This document shows, in pieces, positions 45,076-58,320 of a stretch of DNA of 64,000 nt. Each line of letters starts with the position of its first letter. Position 1 is the first letter of the stretch. This DNA comes from Chrysomallon squamiferum (lineage: Eukaryota; Animalia; Mollusca). Under the pieces are notes generated by a model, which worked only from the letters and a program-made list of their open reading frames with translations, had not been told where the DNA came from and searched no databases. The stretch is taken from assembly GCA_012295275.1 (NCBI GenBank), contig CM022673.1, positions 4,030,001 to 4,094,000 on the forward strand, in the 5' to 3' direction. The position numbers and the translations under genes are program-made.

Positions 45076-48000
45076 TCAAGAGTCTTCTGTTATAAATATT
45101 TTGTCTGAAAGCAGTTCTTTTTCACTATCAGTATTCTGTGATGAATGTTCTTCACCACCAGGAGTTTCAGCATTGACACTGGGCTCTTCATTACCTGGGT
45201 TTTCAGTGGTAGGAAAGTCGTCTTCTATAACAGTGGTTGTCTCACTAAAAGATACTCTCTTAAACTTCAGAGATTCATGAGACACTGAAGCATTGGCATC
45301 AGTTGGACTGTCTTTGGGACTTTCTTCACTGACCATGGATGCTGATGTCTGCTCATTGGCATCACACCCTTGTGGTTCTGGTCTTTCACTACCTTGTGGA
45401 TTTTCCCACAGTTTTGGAGAAAACAGTTTTCTCTGCCTGGCTTCAACATACTTAGGGACTCCCAAGTCTGGAGGGAAAGGAAGCTTGAATGCTGGGGACT
45501 TGCAGCGTACCTCTTCATTTTCCTTTAATGCTTTGGTCTGAGGCTTGGCACTGGCTGGTCGCCGTGGAGATTTGGACATTAGTAAAGAAGGCACTGGTAC
45601 AGTTGCTGCAGACTTTGGCCTAGTGGAAAGTGAAGCTTTTGATCCTGATACTCTGAGACTGCTATCTTCTTCAGTGATTTTGTTATCTTCAGTTTCTTCA
45701 ATTTCTTCATCCTCTAGACTGCTCAGAACTTCACTGACAAGTTTATGAGTTATTTCATCAAGATCATCCACATTTGACTTCTTATTCTCATCAGTGTTTG
45801 AGTCATTCTCCTCATTCAACTTGAGATCCCTCCTGTCTAATTCAGGATCAGATTTTGCCATTTTGTTCTGCATGGAATTATTTTTATTTAGCTTGTTACT
45901 GGACAATCTCTTCTCTGCTACCCATTCATCATACGATTTTCTTGCCTTCATTTCATCTCTTTTGATCTGCGTTTCGATCTTCATCTCATTTTTCTTATCT
46001 GATGTCTGCTGCTGCTTAACTCTTAATCTCACCCTTCCAAGCACCGGTCTTTTGTACACAAACTTTGTTGCAGGAGGACGAGGTCCTTCAACTTGTATCT
46101 TCTCAGCTACAGCCTTCTGCTGCTTCTCTTCTTCCTCAAGTTTTTTTCTTGTCATTTCTGATCTCATATGTTCTGTTATTTCCTCTCCAGTATCTGCTAA
46201 TTCTGTCTGTTTCTTGGACCTAACATCAGCCATTGTGGTTCCTGGACGTATGACGTGTTTTGTTTTATACAGTGGTGGAGATGGAGGGAAGTTAAAGCCT
46301 TGTCCAGAAACCATGGTAACATGGTAAGCTTCATGCATGTTATTTTCTTCCATTTGTTGTTTTTTCTGGTATCTGTCTTCTTTTCCTTTCTTCAGTGCCT
46401 CCTTTCTCTTTGCCTTCAGCCATTCCTGATATTTTTCACGAGCTTCTAATTTCTTTTTCTCTTTTTCTTTTGCTAATGCTAGCTCCTTTTTCTTCTCCTC
46501 CCTTCTCTTTCTCCGTTCTTCAGCTTTCTGTTTTCTGATAAGGACATTTTTCTTTTTCAGCCATTCCCTGATTGCTTCATTGTCTGTGTTTTTCAGCTGG
46601 TGATCTGCATGAGGAAAGTCTCCATGAAGATGACTATGACCCTCTGATGTAGAATCACTATCAACTGATTTGCTTCTGGGAGAATCCGTCACACTGTATT
46701 GTTTCTTGTTTCCAGGGGAGTAGGATCTGTTCCTTATATTCTGGTTACTACTTCTGAAGTTACCACTGCCTGATGTGTACCTTGTCCTTTCAATAGACTG
46801 GTCTTGTCTAGCAGGTGCTGCAGACTTTGGTCTGAGTTGTTGAGTGCTTCTAGAATACTCCTGTCGAACTGGAGCAGCAGAATGAGGTCTGGATCGGGAA
46901 AACCTCGACTGATTTGAAACCTGAAGCATTCTTATTGTGCTGTAGGCATGGTCACTTTCAGGCTGTTGGTCTGAAAATATAGTTATAATCAAATATAAAA
47001 CTCAAAAATCTTTGATAAATAATAATAAAACAAACATGAAAAATATGAATAAGACTTCTAGTCTTAATATATATTGGACTGTGCCAACCAATTTTTGACT
47101 GATGTGAAGTGATTCATTCAAATAATATAACATTAGCAAACAAATCATTTTTACTAAAATTGTCTTTAATTCAAAAACAAATCATCTGAAATACAATCTG
47201 TTTTATCTTCTATTTGTATCTGTTGCTTTTCAGATGTCAACAAATCAACAAAGACAAACAAAACATAAAGGTATTTAATTATTTATATTATTTGACGTCT
47301 TCAGATTAAAGGATGTGGTTAGAAGAATCAAAATAAGACTTCTCTTTGAATTTTAAAGTAGTAACCAATTAAAAGCTGTTACCAGAATCAATGGTCGATA
47401 TTTTTTTTATTTTTAAGTAACTATTTTAACTCACTATGAGATCGTCCCGAAGGAGGTATCCCGTGACTGACATTACCATACTGCTGTCTCAGTTTCTCCA
47501 TCTGACGCAGATACTGACGTGAGACCTGCTTCTGACTTATCCCTGTCTCCACCAGCTCTTTCAGCTCTTCATACTTCTGCTGCAGTCTTTCTTCATAAAA
47601 CAAATCAGGGTTAATTTCCAGGGACCTGAACTTACGTAACTGAGTCCTTTTGCCCAGCTTTCGCTTTTTCTGATTTTGTGTTGAGGGTCCTTGATCACTC
47701 ATGATCTCATGTCTTTCACCCACAGATTCCTGATCAGTGCTCTCTTCCCGTTTTCCTAATCTTGCATCCTGACGTGCATGATTCTCTTGATCAATCCTCT
47801 CCTTGTGATAACCACCATTTTGTTTGACACCTTCTTGTTCCTCACTTTCCACCACAAAAGCTTTCTTTACTCTCCTTTTCTTCTTTTTCTGTTTCACTGT
47901 CTTGTCGCTGACAGACTCTTCAGCTTTAGAAATGGAATCATTTTCTAAATATTCTTCTTCTCTCTTCAGTTTCTCATTATCAGGATTCTCAAGTTGTGGT

Positions 48001-48500
48001 TTTCTCTCAGAATGTCTATGATGCTCTTTATGACTCCTACTCCTGGAATCTTTATGATTCTTTCTCCTTTGCTCTGATTTTTCATGAGACTCAGACCAAA
48101 AATCTTCAGCTTCTTCTTCTATTTTCCCCAGCATTTCTTCCCTACAGTTCTCAAGTTCTTCCTCTGCACCACTTTCCATCAGCTGTCCACCTCTCAGAAA
48201 CTGTTCATATTTCCTGTTTATTTCTTCTTCATTCTCAAGTCCTGGAAAACTATCCACAGAATTACCCATTTTGTTCATTCTAGAATCTGTAACAGACTTT
48301 GTGTTGTCACTTTTTGTATCTTCTGCAAATGCCTTTGGACTTCTTACTATGCTGACACTAATCTTTGCTGTTTTGTTTGCTCCAGTTCCAGATTCAGCTA
48401 GGTTTCCACCTTCTTTCCACTCTTGTTCAGAACTTGAGTCACTCTCCTCACCAACAAGGTCATGCAGAAGATTTAAAGATCTACTAGCATGGTAACTCAT
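45076..48500 (-). CDS. Large, charged, largely disordered coiled-coil protein with CCDC181/CCDC34/MAP9-like EWL-KK motifs (986 aa)
   Basis: The two long track ORFs join through one phase-1 intron: donor CAT A|GTGAGT (exon end 47435) and acceptor TTTTCAG|AC (exon start 46970), giving 1066+1895 = 2961 nt. Motifs: EAIREWLKKK, EKYQEWLKAKRKE, RKSYDEWVAEKR and repeated RP(H/K/A)SA. A 5'UTR acceptor lies at 48545-48544. Confidence 0.85.
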
Positions 48501-50837
48501 CCCGCATCATTTTACAAATCACATTTCGGTGAAATATATATACCTGATGGAAAATTTAAAAAAATTAAAAATTATTAGTTTTGCTAAAACTTTCTTAATT
48601 TCTTTTGATAGTTAATAATGAATGTTGAAAATACTGACAATCAAATAGTGCAAACAAACTAAACACCCAACATGTACACACAGGTGTATATACATACAGA
48701 ACAGAATATGCATACTATTGTATACACCTGAATAGGCTTTTGTCTGTCTTTGTATTTGACCTGCTAGCATGTAAAATCATGAAATTACTGCATAAAATTA
48801 CAACAAAAAAACCAACAATATACACACATACACAAACATTAACAAACAACCTAATAGTTATAATTATTGATTAATGTTTCAAAATAAATAGTACATTAAC
48901 TGACAATGAAAATAGAATAATGAGGAATTGTTTTTAAAATATGTTTTACTGAATAGTTTTATTATTTGTTTATACAAATAAAATAAATAGTAAAATAAGA
49001 ATTAATAGCTGCTAAAATCATTCACATTCCACAGAGAAATAATAATTTCTACACATCATCTGAAACTGATTTTTGAAAAGCTGGAAATAACAATTTAATT
49101 CATTTCTTTAACAAGATTATGAAATAACAAAATATCAAAAGAACAAGTGACAGGGAAAATTTCTAAGTCATTTTAAAATTAAAAAACAAAACAAAACCAA
49201 TAACACAAAGAGTACCTGTAATTTTCACTACCGCAGGTGACTATTTGCAAAACCTTGATACAATATCTAAATATGCGACTGTACATTTCTAACACCAATC
49301 AACAAACCCATTCAGCTTCACTGAAGTGAACACAGTAATCACTAACCAGCTAATCTCATCGCGGTCAAGCCTGACTTAATGTTTAAGTACAGAGTTACAC
49401 CCCTATCAGCAGATCACCCATGGTTGAATGTCATTACCAGTTCTAACAGTATCTATCGCTCTTTTATGTGATTCTCCTAATAATTTTTAATTGTTACCAA
49501 ACTTTGGATGCATGTAATCTTTGTATATATTCTCTTATTTAAAATATTTTGTATAACAAAAGGTACAGAAATGCAATAAGACAGAGAAAAAAAGAAGAAA
49601 TATTAGTCGTACATTTGACAACATTGTAACCACTTTGAAATAACAAGTTTGCAGTAAACACCTGACAACAGAATACAAAAGGAACAAAGAAATAAACATA
49701 GACACACACATATATACATACAGACACCCACATTTATCACTGTATTTATTTATATGCATGCACTGTAAATTTGATGTGAGTAATTCCTGCTACCTCTAAA
49801 GATTTCAAACAACCATACAGAATTCTTTTTCTATTCATAATGGAAAAATAGCCATGAATGGTGATCAATAAAACTCTTTGATTACAAAACCCCATGCAGC
49901 ATAAAGTTTTTTTTTTTCTGTGGCTAACAAAACTTGAATAAGATTTCTTAACAGTTGATAGACATAAAGCTTACAATTTCGTTACCAGTGACTGACACTT
50001 GTCATTAGTATAGAAAGTATCTTTCTTGGGATTTAAAGTCAATGAATCCAATTTCTGTAATAATGTTATTAATGCATCACAACAGCTTTTACAAAAGTAT
50101 ACAATAATATTATGTTTACACACTGAAGAAAATATAACCTTGATACAAAGAATTAAAAAAGAAAAGAAGAAAAAGAAAAAAAGATAGATAGACAGACATT
50201 CACTTTTATGTCACAAAAATGTAAAAAAAAAAAAAAAAAAAAATATTCTTCATTTTATTACAGAAATCAATATCAAACAATGAAAATACACTTCTACCTG
50301 AAGAAACAATTAACCATGTGTAAATATGATTATACTTAATCAGATAAACAAAGTCTTACACTTTTGTTTTTACCATGAATAAAAGCAGATCTGTTCATTT
50401 GTTAGCATTTAGTTTTATATACATTTGACAGTTTAAGAATAATTAGCATAAAATCTAATCTTCTTTAATAGTCTTTTGTAGTGTTTTGATTTATCCTTTT
50501 GGGTGGGTTTATTTTTGTGGAAATGTCTTGTATATATGTGTATGTTTCTGTGTAGGTGTGTGTTTAAATTATGTTTTGGTTTTATTAAAAAGAAGGGTGG
50601 GGTACAAAACATAGCATGTAAATAACAAGTCTGCTGAACAGATTATCTAAACTTTATCTGTGATAGAGTCATGTGTGCTTTTTCTGATTCCAACCCAAGC
50701 TCCATAATTGGTGATGTCCAGTAAAAAAGATCCTTGCTCCTAACAGAAAGATGTTCTGATTTTCTGTGAATGTTTGTCACATTCAGTTACCAATTGTAGA
50801 AAATTAATCATTGTTTTTTAGTGAGATTATTAAATAA

Positions 50838-50868
<31 letters not shown>

Positions 50869-51524
50869 TTATTTAAATTTTATTTTTACAAAGAAAAATA
50901 TCCAAATGTTAAAGTAAACATGAATGAATATTTGAAAAGTACTGGTTATTTTAGTTGTTTGTTTTGTTTTTTGTGTAAAAATAATAATAATAATAACAAA
51001 AACAACAACAAGTAATAATAATAAAATGAGACCTGGTGTCTTAAAACTGAACATTTCAAGTGATCTAAATTGCATTTTGAGCTTTGATTTATGTAGGCAG
51101 TCATTGACGACAACAAAAATCAATCAATATGGGTCAAAGCTGTAAAGTTTTTACTTTCTTAGGCACTCTCTGTGTTTGCAGTTACTCACAACAGACTTTG
51201 TGTACTAGGTTCAACCTTCAGGCTTTTGTTATTGTGGAAGAATTACCTGATTAACCAAGTAATTTCCAAGCACATTTGGAGGGAAAAAAAAAAAAAGTCT
51301 TAATTCATTTTCACGTAACAGTGTTTATTGTCAACTAGTAGCTGGAATTACTGTACAGCATGCCATATCGAGATTTTCACTTTAAATCTATTTTGAAACA
51401 GTAAGCTTTGGGATTGATTAATACTCTGTGGTAGAAAAATAGAGAAAAAGAAAATGAAAGAAAAGAAATAGAAATAAATGAAAAAGTAATTATTTAAAGA
51501 AAAAAGAAATTAGAAAGGAAGAAA

Positions 51525-51576
<52 letters not shown>

Positions 51577-53589
51577 AAAGAAATAAAAGAAAAGATTAAA
51601 TAAAGAAAAGTGAAAAGAAAAAAGAAAATTAAAGAGATGGAAAAGAAAAAGAAAGGAAAGAAAGAAAAAGAAAGGAAAGAAAGAAAAAGAAAACATGGAA
51701 GAAGAAAAAAGTAAACTTTCAAACATAAAATTTCACTGTAGTTTGATGTGGTTATATCACACAACTGTCATTTATTTTTCATTAGTCACACTGCAAGTGT
51801 AAGTTCATACAGACATAAAACACCAAGACTTAACTGCACTGTGTGAATTTAATTATTTATTACAAACTGGTAAACAGTTTCATTTGAACTGCACAACAGT
51901 ACTGAACAGGCTATGCATGAGAATGAAATTCAAAATATTTAATCATGAAAATTTGTTCTATTTGTTGTATTTGTTACATTATTTAAAAAAAAAAAAAATT
52001 ATAGTTACATGTTACTTTAGAATTTTTTTTAATTTATTTTAGATTGTGAATCATATCTCTAAGTAAATTATTATAACAATTTATTGGTATCAGATTATAC
52101 AAATTATATTCTTTTCCTTGATTACTCTGCAGAAAAATTTAACCTCTTCAGCTGTTGAAGATTAGTTTATTTAAATCTGCATATATCAAATAAAATAATA
52201 AGAATAATAAGAATATTTATATAAAATCTTTGACTTAAAGCAAATCTAGAAAGTTTGAGTTAATATACAATTTGCCAGGGCTTGAAAATAATTTTTTTAT
52301 ATTTTATTTTATTTTGTAGGTTTCATTTGTTTCTATATATATATATATGCAATTTGTATTAAAAAAAAAGAAAGTACAATACCACTTAATAAATATTCAT
52401 TATGCAATAAAATATCATTAAATGTTTATTGAATTTTCTTACGCTATACAAACAAATGGTAAGAACAAAAACATCATTAATAATAATAATAATAATAATA
52501 ATGATATTAATAATGAAAGATGATGATAATAAAAAGATAATAATGTAATCAAAATATCAATGAAGTAAAGCTAAAATAGCATTAATGACATAGCTAAAAC
52601 AGCCAGCTATGTGCTACAGAACATTATGCTGGATGGTAAATAATTTAGGTTAGCAAATCAATAGTGTCATATTTCAAATTCATGACAAGGTCTCATTAAG
52701 TATTTATTCATTCATGTTTTCAGTATTACTTAGCCAAACAGACTGAGTGTATCTAAGTCTATACTAAACAAACATGTATGTACAAGTATGCTTATTGCAA
52801 ACTTGGATTTTTTTTTGCATGTATATCTATATATACATACAGTATATGTATATGTGCAAGTTTGTATATATATATATATATATATCTTTTTATGCACAGG
52901 TAGAGAGAGAGAAAATCAAAGAAAACATGAAAAGTAATTGGGTACATAGAAATGAGAGAGAGAGAGAGAGAGAGAGAGCTTTTTACAGATAATTATAATT
53001 ATATATATAAAAAGAAAAGAAGATTATACATGACATGGACAGATTATGATTTCTTTATACATATATGATAAAGACTGACAGACAAACAGATAGAAAAAGT
53101 AAAGACAAAAGATGTAGAGAAAAATAGTAAACACAATTCACAGAAGAATGTAAATTTTCACATATAATTTAAACCCTAACATTTGTACATATATTAAAAA
53201 TTAAAATACAATTACTACTCCATTCATCTGTTGTTAATTATCTCTATTGTTAATGCATTCTAACATCTTGTTAAAACATTGCTGACTTTAATCAAATCAT
53301 TTTATTTGTGTGATATATTAGCTGTGTTGGTTTAACTATTAAAACTGTTTATATGATTGTCTCTGTTTTGTGAACAGATTGTAATTTTCATTTAAGAACA
53401 CAGTCAGCCTTAAAGCTATTAACTTATATTGTTCTTTCACAACAGTTGTATATTTGTTTATGAATATATCAATAAGTGTGTATATTATTATTATTATTAT
53501 TATTATTATTTATTATTATTATTATTATATAAAATATATATATGAGTTTGTATTTTTTTTTTAAATTATGTATATATTTACAAGCAGGC

Positions 53590-53698
53590 ATGTGTGTGTG
53601 TGTGTGTGTATATATATGTATGTATATGTATATGTATGTGTGTGTATATCTGTGCATATGTATGTGTTTGTATGTGTGTTTAAATATGAGTATGAAAG

Positions 53699-53736
<38 letters not shown>
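53590..53736. repeat. (TG)n-rich microsatellite region
   Basis: Directly visible. Confidence 0.85.
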
Positions 53737-53739
<3 letters not shown>

Positions 53740-54489
53740 CGTGTGTGCAGTTTATCTGAAGCTAAATTAATAGTGGCCTCATAAATCGCAGTTCTACCTT
53801 AAGAATCAAATTATTTTCTGTTAAATCTCAGGTATTACGTGGATATAAACCACAGAATGCTAATTAAGTTCACAATTATAGCTAAAATCAATGCAGTAAT
53901 GAATCATCTCTTCTTGACGTCTGCTCAGTTGTCTAAGTATAGAAAATGAATATGCGCAAGGTTCAGAGCACTAAACTGTCTCTGTACGCACGCACGCACG
54001 CATCTTCTGCTACTTATAGAAAAACGAAAATTGTTTCTGCATTAGAAAAAGAAAGAAAGAAAGAAACTAAAAAATAAAAGGCTGCCAGTAATCTTGAAAC
54101 AGAATAACTAATCTGCTTATCCTAATCCTTCAGCACGAGCTTGGCCCAGCCTCACCCCCGTTCCGCCACACCGATCTTCCCTGACAACTGAACAAGCAAT
54201 TCCGAACCAGAATACTTTGTTATCAAACGTTATCTGACCCCGGCAAGAATTAGTTTACTAGGCTGTGTACGTTTGTCCTGTGCATTCTTAATCTGACTGT
54301 TCCTTTTTATATATATAATTACTTTTGTAAAATGCTGGAAGGTAACAAGAAAAAAAAATAAAAAAATAAAAAATAAAAATAATAATAATCACTCGTTTCG
54401 ATATATATACGATTATACCTACTAAAAATATATGTAACAGTATTAACAGAAGTCTTAAAATTGTTTTATTACAGAAATTTGTCACTTAC

Positions 54490-54990
54490 CTTTGAAGACG
54501 GCAATGGCATAAATTACGTCACGACATCGGCGTCATCTTCAAAGACACGACGCCTAAATCATTTGGCACTTACAACGCCGACACCAGCTATATTGGGAGA
54601 CCATAGTATGAAACACATGCCTATGTTTACCGTTCCTGTGGCTACTATAAACAGACTTGGCTGTTCCGGTAAATAGTTCTACCCCTTGCAGTTTCGATTA
54701 AACGGAGCGTATTTTAAGGTACTTCTTTTTTTATTTTATGATATAAAACAGAATAATGTTTGCAATTTATATGTTAATTGATATCTGTAATTAAGCATTA
54801 TTCACTTTTACAAAAATGGAAATGATTTGAAAGTTAAGTTGATGTAGGAGGGCGGGACAAACATCAAAGGGATTGCACTGAACTGGCGACCATAGCGACT
54901 GCTTTGCTGTCAGTATGGCGGCCGATGAAAACATTAATGTACAATGTTATAACATTGTTTAACAAAAGAATACACTTCAAAGACTTCAGT
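54490..54990. promoter_or_regulatory. CpG-rich putative bidirectional promoter between the CCDC181-like and TEX52-like genes
   Basis: Perfect minus-strand donor AAG|GTAAGT (exon end 54490) and plus-strand donors at 54719 and 54989. Also a GC box GGGCGG near 54850, a YY1-like ATGGCGGC near 54915, and X-box-like GTTCCTGTGGCTAC (54632-54645) and GCGACCATAGCGAC (54886-54899). Confidence 0.55.
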
Positions 54991-55190
54991 AAGTAACCTG
55001 GTGCACAGATGACAGTAAACTTCTTCGAGCATATTTTAAATAAATGTTTATTATTTAAAACTTGCCAATATTAAGATGCACATTAGGTATTGTTCAACAT
55101 GTAATACTAATAGACGTATGGGTTAACCGGTCCTTTAGGGAAATCGTAAAAACAAGGAGGAATTAATTCACGTTTTGAAGTCATGTTGCA

Positions 55191-55227
<37 letters not shown>

Positions 55228-55375
55228 ACAAGTTTGTGGGTGTAATATTCAAAACACATGCAGATTTAATATAATCATTTAAAATTATTATTTTTGTTGT
55301 TGATGTAGTAGTCAGTGTTATTCAAAATAATATTGTTGCTTTTTAGATTTCATTTGGCTTCGTTTAGATTTAAGA

Positions 55376-55409
<34 letters not shown>

Positions 55410-55535
55410 TAAATGATTACTTGTATGTAATTCAGTAACAACAACAGCAGCAGCATCGTTTGCAGTACTGTAAATTATTAAAATTTAAAATGAAATGTAA
55501 CTTTTAAAATAATTTTGAACAGTGTTTTTTAACGA

Positions 55536-55618
<83 letters not shown>

Positions 55619-55641
55619 TTTATATATTTAAATATATATTT

Positions 55642-55692
<51 letters not shown>

Positions 55693-55979
55693 GAGGGGGT
55701 AGAATCACTAATTAGTTTATGTTCGAATTTCACTCAATTTTCTTTAATAAATCAACCTTGCTTCCTTTGAAATTCTTTTCTAAGAAAAGAAATAAATCGT
55801 AAAAATCAATGACTTGACACTTCATGTCTTACAATCTATTTAATTATTAGTGTCAAATCGAAGATAAAACCATTAAACAGTATTCACCTTTCTAATTTAA
55901 CATGTGTGTGTGTGTGTGTGTGCATATATATATATATAAGCGTGATTATTTTATTATAATTATTATTTTAGTACGTTTG

Positions 55980-55983
<4 letters not shown>

Positions 55984-56055
<72 letters not shown>
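55984..56055. repeat. (AG)n microsatellite
   Basis: Directly visible. Confidence 0.95.
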
Positions 56056-56058
<3 letters not shown>

Positions 56059-56819
56059 GGCCTCATAAATTATTATACTGAATTTATGCAAATTATATAT
56101 TTTTCATTCATTCATTCATCCATTCAAACTGTGCCAAATACTAATGAATGAATGTTTAATGATACACAGCGTCAAACAAAGGGAAATATACCAAAATGGT
56201 GATTACTTTATATATAAAAATTCAAAATTAATTAAAGCACAGAATAAAGAGCTGTGCAAAACTAAAAGTATCACAGTTTATTTAAATTAAAATTTATGGT
56301 ATGTTCAGGATGGAATCGAAATGGTCCCATCACTTTTATTTGAATCAAGTATATCTTCCTAAGATCTTCGCTCCACCAAAACGTGGCGCATTTGTGAAAG
56401 GACAAAGATAACGTTCACGTTTAGCGTTTTTAGCGTTGTGATGATCTCTAGCTATGAAGATAAGAAATAATAACTCTACGTTTCAGTCAAACAAATATTT
56501 TTAGACTTAGGTAGTATGTCTTATTTAGTCAATACATAGATTAGCTTTAGGATTTAAATGTTTTTAACAAACGTTCCGACATTTACTGATATTATTGTTC
56601 AGTAATGTAACATCTGAACTACAAAATAATAAATAAATAAATAAAAGCAAAAACAGACAAAGAAAAGAAAGACATGAAATGAACACTAAACTCAAACAAA
56701 CAAAACAAAAAATAATTTTTATTCTTGTTTTTTTCCCCCAACACCAAATCTATCACAATTTGGCGCTCAGATCAAACTTCCTCCTTTCCACACCAAATAT
56801 CGTCACATGCCGGAATGTT

Positions 56820-56827
56820 TGACGTCA
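56820..56827. promoter_or_regulatory. Full palindromic CRE (TGACGTCA) upstream of the TEX52-like gene
   Basis: Exact TGACGTCA, with a half-site CGTCA at 56801 and CCGGAA near 56810. A candidate UTR exon at 56982-57014 follows. Confidence 0.45.
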
Positions 56828-57265
56828 CAACTTATTTCCTTTAATGACAGTGTTCACTTTTTTTTTGTTTTTTTACTTTATTAAATATAATTACGGTTTC
56901 ATATTAATGAAATGCTAGAAAACAAGTTATTGAGAAATACCCCTTTTTCTACAGTTGTGAATTGTCATATTTCTCTTTCAGTATTGTTGACAAATCATAA
57001 AGTTTGACGGATTTGTAAGTATGGATTCGACACACACATACAAATATACGTATTTAAACATAGGCGGTCTGTGCTTAGACATTTTTGGAAGGGTGGTATT
57101 TTTAGGAGAAAAAAAAAACACCACCACCACCCGCCCCACCCATTAAATCCCTCAAATATCTGTATGCAAGTAAATACTCACAAACTATCTGAGAATGTAA
57201 TATAAATAAATTAATAAATTATTTATTTATGTATTATTTGTTTTCAGACATCATTAACTGCAATA

Positions 57266-58320
57266 ATGTCACTGGCCGCCACAATGTCAACGCGTCTGGA
57301 GAGGGAAGTCATCAAACCAGTTCCATCACCACATTATACCGGGTTCACGCCCCGACCCATCGAACAGTTGGCAAAAAGAAGAAAACCGACAACTTCACTC
57401 GACATCGAGTTGAAGCACAGGTTACGGAACGATATCGAAGAATGTGTACACAAAAACCCATCACTCCAGTATCGACTCTGGCTAGAAGCGGGAAAACATG
57501 AACCACCATATCCAGCGATAACAGATCCTAGTTATAACAGTAATGTGTGGAGAAACTTTCGCCGTACATTCAACTTCACTACCAGCGCCATGGGTCAGAA
57601 GATACCCGACGTAATCGCCGCCATGTACCCGCTTAATATACCAAGGCCATCCAAAGTTGGCAACGATACGTTTGTTAAATACATACAAGAAACGAGCCTT
57701 TTTGAAAATGAGAAATATAAAGTTATGGCAGTGCAACGAACGAAATCGGATTTGGCCGAATTCAAGAAATTAAAAGTTCAAACCGAGGCCAGAAATCCAC
57801 CCATAGATGAAGATGGTAAGATAAACAATTTTATTTATGTTCAGACAGTAACTTTTTTTTTTTCTAACAGAAAATAATTAAATATTCATTTTTAAAAAAA
57901 TCATAATTAAAGGCATTGTACTTCCCATGTGTTTTTGACATTTGTTAAATGCAGAATTTCAGATTTCACTGTTTCTAGATGGATTTTGGATTATTCATTT
58001 ATTTATTTATTTATTTATTAACAGGAAGAATACTTCCCCCTGAAAACTTCAAAAAATACATTGAGAGATTTCTTCCACCTCTAGAGATAATTAGTCCAAC
58101 TTTAACACCACGCCCAGACCAGAAGTTCACAACAGATTCTATGGGACAGAGGTACATATCTGTCTCAAAGCCACCATTGTGGAAGCTGACATTTGCACTG
58201 AATCATCCGCGTTACGACGAACTCAAAGCAGAAATCGAAAAGCGGAAGATGAAGTCAGAGCAGAAGAATTATCCCCCCTCCAGAGTTATCCCAACACCAA
58301 ATTCATCAACTGCTGGATGA
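57266..58320 (+). CDS. TEX52: Testis-expressed protein 52-like (DUF4532-type)
   Basis: Exons 57266-57815 and 58025-58320 join through a phase-1 GT-AG intron (846 nt, 281 aa). Motifs YRLWLEAGKH, DPSYNSNVWRNF and RNPPIDEDGRILPPENFKKY resemble TEX52 as I recall it (PYDSNVWRW; APPLDANGNILPPPSFKKY). Confidence 0.75.

Noticed and set aside
45267-48495. Several plus-strand and alternative-frame ORFs overlapping the large minus-strand gene
   Set aside because: Shadow ORFs produced by the Glu/Lys-rich codon bias of the real CDS (Ser/Phe/Leu-rich, no motifs).
56140-56280. Segment starting TGAATGAATGTTTAATGA that resembles a gastropod dispersed repeat I recall
   Set aside because: Too degenerate to define ends or a family without a database search.
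56437-56620. GTGATGA...CTGA as a possible box C/D snoRNA
   Set aside because: No terminal stem or recognisable rRNA-complementary guide, and these short motifs are common by chance.
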